A stretch of DNA of 62,904 bases, counting the filler, from Chrysochromulina tobinii (taxonomy: Eukaryota): the NCBI GenBank assembly GCA_001275005.1. It is 10 parts of 10 records of this genome, joined end to end, with 100 filler letters (N's around TTAATTAATTAA, not from the genome) between each part and the next. Parts side by side here need not be neighbours in the genome. Positions count along the whole stretch, not along the records: positions 16,743 to 22,940 come from JWZX01000393.1; positions 23,041 to 33,720 come from JWZX01000395.1; 8 more parts are not named here. One strand, 5' to 3'. A model generated the notes under the pieces. That model was given only the letters and a program-made list of their open reading frames with translations. It ran no database searches and was not told the DNA's origin. The number at the start of each line of letters is the position of its first letter. Within the stretch, counting starts at the first letter, position 1. The translations under genes were made by a program, and so were the position numbers. Positions 20,254 to 28,972 of the stretch are shown here, piece after piece.

Positions 20254-22808
20254 TCACGGCCCAAAGCTCCACTCCCATGGGCCGCTCACCAGCTTCCGAT
20301 GCCGGTTCGTATGCGGGATCACGTCCCAGAAGAAGTCGTACCTGTGGGGAGACGCGGGCGCTGTGGTGAGCACTTGCATGCGGGATCACGTCCCAGAAGA
20401 AGTCGTACCAGACGTGCCCAGCCGCCTTTGGATTGGGCGGCTTGGAGCAGCACCTGTGGGGAGAGGCGGGCGCTGTGGTGAGCGCTTGCATGCAGGGCAG
20501 GACGTCCGCGGCAGTCTCAGCGCTCATCAAGGGGGAGATCGCACCAGATCGAGACCCAATCTCGCATGCGCTGCTGCTCGAGCTCGCCCTCGTCGGCGGG
20601 CAGCGTCGCGTACCTGCGGAAGGTTAATCAAGTTTAATCAAGTTTAATCAAGAGTAATCAAGGTTAATCAAGGGTAATCAAGGGCAGCGTCGCGTACAGG
20701 TCGGGCATGCGCTCAAAGTGGAGCACACGCACTGATCGCATCTCGGCCGTCGAGAGTATTGCGAGCGCGTCGGCGCTCAGGCCCGCGGGCGGCTGCAGCA
20801 CGCGGCGCGAGGCGATGAGCTCCTTGGGGAATCAAGGGGAATCAAGGTTAATCAAGGGAGATCGCACCTGGAGCACGCGGCGCGAGGCGATGAGCTCTTT
20901 GGGGAATCAAGGGGAATCAAGGTTAATCAAGGGAGATCGCACCTGCAGGACGCGGCGTGAGGCGATGAGCTCTTTGGGCGCCCGCGGGTTGTCGAGGAAG
21001 GAATACTCGCGCAGCATCCCCTCGATCGTCCCATCCTGATGAGGGAGGCAATCAGAGGCCATCAGAGGTCATCAGAGGTCATCAGAGGTCAACAGAGGTC
21101 AACAGAGGTCATCAGAGGTCATCAGAGGCCATCAGAAGGAACATCAGAGGCCATCAGAAGGAACATCAGAGGCCATCAGAGGGTCATCAGAAGGACCATG
21201 CTCACCAGCGTGCGCGCCATATGCTCGAGGTCGAGCACATGGTCGGCGGGGCACGGATCGATTGGTAGCATGGTGTCCGATCCAGGGATGGTGCCGTTGT
21301 GTGGAGCCCAGAAGCGGTCGAGGCCACACACGAGCTTGGGCAGGATGAGGATGCGTTGCAGTCGACGAGCGAGCAGCAGCGCCGCGCGCACCTGTGGGGA
21401 GAGGGGGGGCGCCGTGGTGAGCACGTGCATGCAGCCGCCGAGAGAGCACTTGCATGCAGCCGCAGCGGCGGCTTTCTCAACGGCTTTCTCAACGGCTTTC
21501 TCGACAGCACCCACCTGCGTCAGCTGCGGATGCACGAGAGCGAAGTGCGACGAGACGTCCATCACACCCGCAGGCCGCACCTGTGGGGAGAGGAGGGCGT
21601 CGTGATGAGCACGTGCATGCGAGGAGACGTCCATCACACCCGCAGGCCGCACCAGGTGCCGCTGCACCGCCAGATCGAAGCTCAGAAAGCCTTGGAGCTC
21701 GCCGGCGCCAGATTGGATCTCGCTGCCAGATTGAAGCTCGCCGGCGCCAGATTGAATCTCGCCGCCAGATTGAAGCTCGCCGGCGCTCCGGGGAGCTCCG
21801 GCGCGACTGCTCAGGGCGGCGCTCAGCTGTGGGAAATCATGCGAGAACTGTGCCCGCGTGCGGCTGCTCAGGCGCGGCGCATAGTACGACGGCTCGTCAT
21901 ACCTGTGGGGAGAGGGCGCCGTGGTGAGCAAAAGAGGCATGCAGCGCGCGCCACGGACGACGGCTCATGATGTCATGCTCATCATGCACGTGCTCACCAC
22001 GGCGCCCCCTCCCCACATGATGGCAGGCTCATCATGCATGTGCTCACCACGGCGCCCCCTCCCCACATGATGGCAGGCTCATCATGCATGTGCTCACCAC
22101 ATCATCGCCTCGCGCAGCCGGTGCGTCTTGCCAATGGCGCCCGAGTACTGGAAGGTCGTGTGCACTGTGAACGGTTCGATCGGCGGAGGGACAATCAGCA
22201 TCCAATCAGCATCCAATCAGCATGCAATCAGCATGCAATCAGCATGCAATCAGCATGCAATCAGCATGCAATCTAGGCCGATGAAGGGCACCTGTGAACG
22301 GTTCGATCGGCGGGGTCATGCGCTGCGGCATGCGCTGCACGAAGTACGTGTGGCCCGAGCAGTAGGTGGCGACGGGTAGGATCCCGATCGTGATGGTGCC
22401 ATTGTACCCGAGAAAGAGGCGCTTCGAGCGCGCCGGCTCGGGCACCTGCATGCAACAAAAGGGTCACTCAGCATGCAAACGCTTGTACCCGAGGAAGAGG
22501 CGGCTGGGCGCGCGCCGGCTCGGGCACCTGCTCACGAAACTTGAGGCCGCCGATCTTGAGCACGTCCTTGAAGAGGTTCTGATCCCAAAGGTTGGGGTGG
22601 GCCGCGCACCTGATGAGCGAGGCAATCAGAGGTCATTAGAGGCCAGGGGCATATTGACGAGGTTCTGATCCCAAAGGTTGGGGTGGGCCGCGCACTCGGC
22701 TTGCCAATGGAGCATGGCTGGCAAGACGTCATGCCTGAGGTACATGTACCCGATGTTCCACGCGGAGGAGCTCGAGCGCCAAGGGTCCTCAAGCTCGGTC
22801 TCGGGAGA
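20254..22808 (-). CDS. XEG113: XEG113-like arabinosyltransferase (GT77), 5' truncated; at least 11 introns: 20342-20408, 20454-20544, 20614-20697, 20793-20942, 21036-21205, 21392-21514, 21581-21652, 21903-22097, 22165-22291, 22446-22527, 22610-22695, plus one ending at 22809
   Basis: Manual GT-AG splicing yields a continuous frame with motifs AWNIGYMYLR..WDQNLF..GILPVATYCSGHTYFVQ..FTVHTTFQYSGAIGKTHRLREAMMWYDEPSYY..FLSF..HFALVHPQLTQVRAAL..CGLDRFWAPHNG..CPADHVLD..REYSFLDNP..IWCC..GHVWYDFFWD, colinear with plant/green-algal XEG113 as I recall it. Confidence 0.88.
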
Positions 22809-22940
22809 CTGATGAGGGGCGTAATCGGACGCAATCAGAAGGTAATCATCAGAGCTCGGTCTCGGGAGACTGATGAGGGGCGTAATCGGACGCAATCAGA
22901 AGGTAATCATCAGAGCTCGGTCTCGGGAGACTGATGAGGG
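22792..22940. repeat. 61-nt tandem repeat (~2.5 copies) of intron acceptor plus first 17 nt of the exon
   Basis: AGCTCGGTCTCGGGAGACTGATGAGGGGCGTAATCGGACGCAATCAGAAGGTAATCATCAG repeated up to the contig end. Confidence 0.9.
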
Positions 22941-23206
22941 NNNNNNNNNNNNNNNNNNNNNNNNNNNNNNNNNNNNNNNNNNNNTTAATTAATTAANNNN
23001 NNNNNNNNNNNNNNNNNNNNNNNNNNNNNNNNNNNNNNNNCCCGCCGCCGCCGCACGGCCCGCCGCCGCCGCATGGGCCGCCGCCGCACGGGCTGCCGCC
23101 GCACGGCCCCTCCCCGCCGCATGGGCTGCCGCCGCCGCACGGCCCACCGCCGCATGGCCCGCCGCCTCTTCTACTCTCGAGAGAGGCAGGAAGGCGATCT
23201 CTGCCG

Positions 23207-24802
23207 ATGGCGCCGCCTCCGCAGCCATCCAATCACGGCACTGAGTTTCCGCGTGACTATGACTTTCCCAGCACGCCACCAGAGCAAATGGCCCGAGCGC
23301 GAGGGGTCGATCCGATGCAGTTGACGCTGCCGTCGATGCTGCCTCCTGTCCCTGGCCGGCCCCTTTGCAAGGACTTCCAAATCGGCCGATGCCGGCAGAT
23401 GTTCAGATGCCGCTACTCGCACGCCATGCCCGAGGCCCTCGTCGACAGACCCATCGGCGGCGACGTTGGCGAGCTGCGGACTGGCCCACCCGGGGGACCA
23501 CCCGGGGGACCCGGGGGACCGCCCGGTCCGCCTGGGCCGCCCGCCCCGCCCGCGGCATTCGGTGTCCTAGCGCCGCCATCGTTCTTCGTGAGCCCCGAGC
23601 CGATCATCATCCCGCTCACCACGACGCAGCGGTCGGGCATGTCACTCGACAAGCTGATCGAGATCCGTCGCACCTCGCGCGCCAAGATCGAGCTCAAGAC
23701 GGAGCGTCCGGGGGGAGCGGGCTTAAGCTCATCTTCGATCAAGATTAGCGGCTCGTTGCGCGCTGTCGAGCTCGCGATGCCGATGGTACAGTCCATGCTC
23801 GCCACTGCGGAGGAGACGTGGTCGCGCGCGCAGGCGCAGCTCGCCGGCGGCGCACGCTCGAGTCGCACAAGCGACGAAGACGCGGCCGACGAAACGGACG
23901 AAACTTTGGATCGGGCGGCTGGTACGGACGGTGTGGAAGAGGACGACGCGCCGACGGAGGAAGCGCATGCACCAGCGCAAGCACCAGCGAGGGACGCGCC
24001 GCACGCAGCGCCGGCACAGTCAAGGAGCGGGGCGTGGTTTTCAACGGTAGGCGAGGCGGTGACTTGGGGTCTTGAGGCAGCCCCGTACGATGGTGGAGCA
24101 ACGCAGGCGCTTGACGCCGCCGCACCGTCGGATGAGCGCTGGGGCGCTCGTAACGGCGTGGCTTCAATTGCTTGCAAGTTGGGAGCTATGAAATTGAGGC
24201 CACAGGAAGGCAGCGACCCCAGCGTGCCCGCCTCTGCAATCGCTGACGTGGCCTCCTCGCCCGCGTCGGCAGCGGCGACTATGTTGCCTCAACATCCGCG
24301 TCGGCGCAACATGCCATGCCCGTGCGGCAGCGGCAAGCTCTACCGGCATTGCTGCGAGAAGGCGATTTCGAGGGAGCTCCTATCGGGTCTGCATGTGAGT
24401 CGCCAGGAGCCCTCCGAGGGAGGAGGCACCGGCGCCGGTGGGCGCGGTACCGGCAGTTCCGGCGGCGGCCGGGCTGGCGATGCGTCCCTAGCGGAGATAG
24501 TCGCGGCGGCGCCGTTCCCTCCACGGGCCGCACGCTGGGGCATCGGCGCGCCCATCGTGGCAATGCGCGACCGCGAGGGCATGGGCGGTGCCGGCGCGAG
24601 CGCGTGCGTGGTGTGTAACACGGCACCCACAGACCACGCGTTCGTGCCGTGCGGCCACCTGTGCTTATGCGTTGACTGCGGCGGCAACTACCTCTCCGCG
24701 CCGCAGGACCATCCGTGGAGGCTCTCTGGCTGCCCGGTATGCTGCACAGCCTACCAGACGGTGATGCGCATCTACAAGGCAGGCGCGACCACCAGGACCT
24801 AG
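23207..24802 (+). CDS. CCCH zinc finger + KH-like + SEC-C motif + RING protein (probably 5' truncated)
   Basis: 'CKDFQIGRCRQMFRCRYSH' (CCCH); 'IRRTSRAKIEL...IKISGS' (KH-like); 'RNMPCPCGSGKLYRHCC' (SEC-C); 'CVVC...AFVPCGHLCLCVDC...CPVC' (RING-HC). Confidence 0.8.
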   Translation: MAPPPQPSNHGTEFPRDYDFPSTPPEQMARARGVDPMQLTLPSMLPPVPGRPLCKDFQIGRCRQMFRCRYSHAMPEALVDRPIGGDVGELRTGPPGGPPGGPGGPPGPPGPPAPPAAFGVLAPPSFFVSPEPIIIPLTTTQRSGMSLDKLIEIRRTSRAKIELKTERPGGAGLSSSSIKISGSLRAVELAMPMVQSMLATAEETWSRAQAQLAGGARSSRTSDEDAADETDETLDRAAGTDGVEEDDAPTEEAHAPAQAPARDAPHAAPAQSRSGAWFSTVGEAVTWGLEAAPYDGGATQALDAAAPSDERWGARNGVASIACKLGAMKLRPQEGSDPSVPASAIADVASSPASAAATMLPQHPRRRNMPCPCGSGKLYRHCCEKAISRELLSGLHVSRQEPSEGGGTGAGGRGTGSSGGGRAGDASLAEIVAAAPFPPRAARWGIGAPIVAMRDREGMGGAGASACVVCNTAPTDHAFVPCGHLCLCVDCGGNYLSAPQDHPWRLSGCPVCCTAYQTVMRIYKAGATTRT

Positions 24803-25646
24803 GGCCTGACTGAGGTTGCTGGGGCAGAATGGGCTAGTTTGAGGGGCGGCGCCAGCAAACACAGGCGAGGGCGCCTCTGCCGGCTTCACGCGCGGGATTG
24901 GGATTGGTGGCGGGGTTAGGATGGAGCAGGTTGGCGACCGACAACGCATGCCCTTGCCGGAAGCGAACACTGCCAGGTATGTGACCATGGGGCCAAGACA
25001 GACGATGGGAGAACAGGGTTACCCTACGGGGGTGGCTGGAGTGGCCGAGGAGCGTGGCAGGTGTTCAGCGGAGCGTTCGTGCTGCAGGCCGCAGGCGCGA
25101 CGGTGCCTCAGTCATTTTACGGTAGGTCACAAGAGGGTGATGTTGCAGGCGCGATGGCGCCTCTCTCCCATGTGGGCGCTCGGAAAGGATGGGGATCACG
25201 GAGGTCGGACCGGACCCGGGGACCGGACGCAGATGGGTATTGGATGCATGTGGAGAGCGCGTAGGGTGGAGGACGGACGCACACGACGTTTCCCATTTTG
25301 CGAACGAGTGGTGGCGGTGTGTGTAGTTCGTAGTGGTGGCGCGTGGCGGTGTCCAGACAGGTTGGCCGATGGCCATTTATGATTAGCTGAAACCTCAATC
25401 TTCCTCTAAGCACTCCTGTCGTGGACACTCCTGAGGAACCAAATGAAAAATAATCCAGTTTGCAACCAAAATAATCCAGAAAAAGTTATTTTCGTAGGGG
25501 CATCAATCTAGTCATCCGGACGTCCAGGAAAAGTTATTTTCGAGGGGCATCGAATGGGCGATTCTCGCGCCTTGAGGGCGTTTCTCGCGCGTTGAGGTGT
25601 GGAACGGACAAGTTACGCTTTCGCGCATCGAAATCGCGAGAAGACC

Positions 25647-26387
25647 ATGCTCAGGATCGTCGTCGCTGCGTCGCTCATTGCATCTGGCGATGCGCTCAAC
25701 GTGCCTGTCGCGGGCATGTCTCGTCGTGCGGCCTTTGCCAAGGCCGCCGCGCTGATCCCGCTCGTGCCTCTCGCCGCGTTCGCCGAGCTCAAGCAGGCGT
25801 CAGATGCGGATGTCTACGCACGCGCAGACGCGGGCAAGCTCAACGCAGCCCGCGTCATCGAGCGTGCCAAGGCAGGCAAGCTCGTCAATGGCGCAAGCGC
25901 CACCTGCGACGAGCTCGCCGACATCCTCGCGATCGACCGCCGTGCTTTCCAGTTCGAGAAGGACAAGCTGGCCTCGATGCCCAATGACTCCCCACAGAGG
26001 CAGACCGTCGCGAACGCCCAGAAGGCGATCGGGGTCCAGATCAAGAAGATTAAGGACCTCGAGAAGACCAAGTCGTGCCCGGGGCTGAAGCAGGCGTCAG
26101 ACGAGGAGGTCTACGAGCGTGCGGACGCGAACAAGCTCGGCTACGCCCGCGTCATCGAGCGTGCCAAGGCGGGCAAGCTCGTCGATGGCTCGAGCGCCAC
26201 CTGCTCCGAGCTGGAGAAGATTATCCGCGTCGACAAGGAGGCCGTCCTGTTCGAGAAGGACAAGCTCGAGGCCATGCCTAACGACCCCGCGCAGAAGAAG
26301 ATCGTCGCGGACGCCGAGAAGGCCATCGAGGCCCAGATCGTCAAGCTCAACAACAAGCGCAAGGAGAAAAAGTGCACAGTTAAGTAA
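25647..26387 (+). CDS. Predicted plastid/thylakoid-lumen protein with two internal ~100-aa repeats (paralog 1)
   Basis: Signal peptide, then 'MSRRAAFAKAAALIPLVPLAAFA' (twin-Arg, hydrophobic, AxA); repeat 'LKQASD..VY.RAD..KL..ARVIERAKAGKLV.G.SATC.EL'. Strong C/G third-position bias. Confidence 0.75.
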   Translation: MLRIVVAASLIASGDALNVPVAGMSRRAAFAKAAALIPLVPLAAFAELKQASDADVYARADAGKLNAARVIERAKAGKLVNGASATCDELADILAIDRRAFQFEKDKLASMPNDSPQRQTVANAQKAIGVQIKKIKDLEKTKSCPGLKQASDEEVYERADANKLGYARVIERAKAGKLVDGSSATCSELEKIIRVDKEAVLFEKDKLEAMPNDPAQKKIVADAEKAIEAQIVKLNNKRKEKKCTVK

Positions 26388-26689
26388 GTAACATTAACAT
26401 TAAGTAGTAAGTGAAAATCGCCTCGAAAAAAGCGTACACGTGGCGAGGGGGTTACCCCCAGGCATACTAAGAGTGCACGGTGTGAGGAGACTGAGGAGAA
26501 GAAGTGCAACTGTGAACTGACTCTGAGGCTGCCCCTGACATGGATTCCAGGATTGTGACCGCAAGTGATCCACAAGAACGATCACATCAGACGGAGAGTC
26601 GAGAAAGTCAGAGAGGCAGTGGAATATCGCTCGTCTTGACACATCTCATAATAACAACCCTTGCATCATTTTATTATTTTGATGTTGAA

Positions 26690-26900
26690 CAGCGACACTG
26701 ACTGCGGCCCCCCCCAAAATTGGCGGCCCCGCGGCCGCGCGCGCGCTTTCCCGCCTCCGGCTCCGCCTATCGCATTCTGCGCCGAGACGTGCAACTGGGG
26801 TCTGGGCTTCCGACGCCGATTGCGCGACGACGGCGGCATGGACGGCGGCCCCGGCTCGGAGTTCCGCCCGGCCCCGCCCCTCGGGCCGACGGCATGGAAT
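26690..26900 (+). pseudogene. Degenerate fragment of a Cys-rich repeat (C.ETCNW...DDGGPGSEF / TDCGP type)
   Basis: Pieces 'TDCGP', 'PPPAPP', 'FCAETCNW', 'DGGPGSEF' with disrupted frame between them. Confidence 0.35.
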
Positions 26901-27113
26901 GAGACCGTTGGACCTTCAGTACAAGATAAACGGGGGAGGGGACGCGATGCCGGTGGCAGCTCTGAGACACATTCGTCGGGGCAACGTCGGATTGATCCTC
27001 GCGCTTTGAGGGGCGACGTCGGGGTTTCGTTTGGGCGTTTCTCGCGCCTAGAGGGCGTTTCTCGCGCCTTGAGGTGTGGAAAGTTTCGCGCATCACTCTC
27101 GCAAGTGATCAAC

Positions 27114-27851
27114 ATGCTCTACAAGCTCATCGTCGCTGCCGCGCTCATTGCATCTGGCGATGCGCTCAACGTGCCTGTCGCGGGCATGTCTCGTCGTGCG
27201 GCCTTTGCCAAGGCCGCCGCGCTGATCCCGCTCGTGCCTCTCGCCGCGTTCGCCGAGCTCAAGCAGGCGTCAGATGCTGAGGTCTACGGACGCGCAGACG
27301 CGGGCAAGCTCAGCGCCGCCCGCGTCATCGAGCGTGCCAAGGCGGGCAAGCTCGTCGATGGCTCGAGCTCCAACTGCCAAGAACTCGCCGACATCATCGC
27401 GGTCGACCGCCGTGCTGTCCAGTTTGAGAAGGACAAGCTGTCCTCGATGCCCGATGACCCCGCGCAGAAGAAGGTCGTCTCGGACGCCGAGAAGGCGATC
27501 GAGGCCCAGATCAAGAAGCTGGAGGGCCTCGAGAAGTCCAAGTCATGCGCGGGGCTGAAGCAGGCGTCAGACGCGGAGGTCTACGAGCGTGCGGACGACA
27601 ACAAGCTCGGCTACGCCCGCGTCATCGAGCGTGCCAAGGCGGGCAAGCTCGTCGATGGCTCGGGCGCCACCTGCTCCGAGCTGGAGAAGATTATCCGCGT
27701 CGACAAGGAGGCCGTCCTGTTCGAGAAGGACAAGCTCGAGGCCATGCCCAACGACCCCGAGCAGAAGAAGATCGTCGCGGACGCCGAGAAGGCCATCGAG
27801 GCCCAGATTGTCAAGCTCAACAACAAGCGCAAGGAGAAGAAGTGCAACTGA
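27114..27851 (+). CDS. Predicted plastid/thylakoid-lumen protein with two internal repeats (paralog 2)
   Basis: Near-identical to 25647..26387, including a duplicated upstream motif TTCTCGCGCCTTGAGG. Confidence 0.75.
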   Translation: MLYKLIVAAALIASGDALNVPVAGMSRRAAFAKAAALIPLVPLAAFAELKQASDAEVYGRADAGKLSAARVIERAKAGKLVDGSSSNCQELADIIAVDRRAVQFEKDKLSSMPDDPAQKKVVSDAEKAIEAQIKKLEGLEKSKSCAGLKQASDAEVYERADDNKLGYARVIERAKAGKLVDGSGATCSELEKIIRVDKEAVLFEKDKLEAMPNDPEQKKIVADAEKAIEAQIVKLNNKRKEKKCN

Positions 27852-28077
27852 GGCGTGGGGCGCATGCTGCCCTCATATTACCCTCATATTTATTGTGACG
27901 AAACAGAGAGCGGAGTATCGCTCGTCGTGACACAGATCTCATATTGGTTGTGTCACTCAGCTGCCGGTCTCAACTGAGGGTTGCCGCATGCATCTAACAC
28001 TCGTTGGAGGGTGAGCGTTGGTCTGCGTTCCATGCCGGACTGTCCCGCATGATGGCCTGGTCAGGCGATAAGGGTTC

Positions 28078-28220
28078 AAAATTCTTATTTAGTATATAAT
28101 TATTTGGCACCAGGTCGCCATGCTACACCTTTACGGTCCTTCACAGTTTAGAAATCTTATTTAGTATATAATTATTTGGTGCCAGGTCGCCTACACCTTT
28201 ACGGTCCTTCACAGTTTAGT
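28078..28220. repeat. AT-rich ~70-nt tandem duplication
   Basis: 'tcttatttagtatataattatttgg...caggtcgcc...tacacctttacggtccttcacagtttag' occurs twice. Confidence 0.8.
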
Positions 28221-28972
28221 ACCACCAGAGGCCTCAGGCACGTGCCCCTGGCAACGACCTTCCGTTAGCTGGAAATGCGCCACCCGACGCCGTTCGAGAC
28301 GCCGTGCCGAGGAGCCGAGCGGCTCAGGGGAAAGGACAGCCAGTAAGAGTGCGCGCAATTCAGCTGCCGAACCCCTTCAATCGAGCTTCTTCAAGCTTCT
28401 TCAAGAGCACCTTGGCCTTTCGAGCAAAAGGGTTCGAGCATGTTCCGGGTTGCTCCGATCGAGCACCCGTTTCGCGGCGTCTTGGGAGCCCAGAATCGGC
28501 ACGAGATCGGGTTTCGCGCCAAACGTCTTACCAAACGTCTCCGAGAACTGGTGAGAAGGCTTGAGGTTGGTGCGCAGCTCGAAGCTCAGAGGCTGGAAAA
28601 AGTCAAGGGGGAAAAAGTCGATGTCCTGCCTCCAGTCCTGCCTCCAGTCCTGCGGTTGATCGCTCACTCACGTTGTGTACTTGTGTTGAACAGCAGGAGC
28701 ACACGCGTACTGCCGTTGTGCTGACACGCATCGTATACCAGGACGGCGCGTCGTTCTGATGTTATTCACAGCGCAGAGCACCCAGACATTGAGCGCGGGG
28801 GGACCGCGACGAAACTGATTGACTGACTGACCCTGACATAAAAGGCAGCCCCTCCTTTTCTTTTGTGAAAGGGGGCACTCACGCCGTGCGGCGCCGGGCC
28901 GACTCCCCTGTGGGGAAAACGGGGAGGACCTCATTAAAAGGGACCGCCCCAAACTCGTCTCACTCTTGGACC

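Noticed and set aside
21036..21205. Short repeat arrays (also 56525-56728, 53650-53890, 14935-15232) as CRISPR arrays
   Set aside because: No unique spacers of regular length, no cas genes, eukaryotic context; they are tandem repeats, mostly intronic.
21690..21790. In-frame GELQSG repeat in the XEG113-like gene as another intron
   Set aside because: No GT-AG boundaries found and the frame stays open; treated as a coding repeat expansion.
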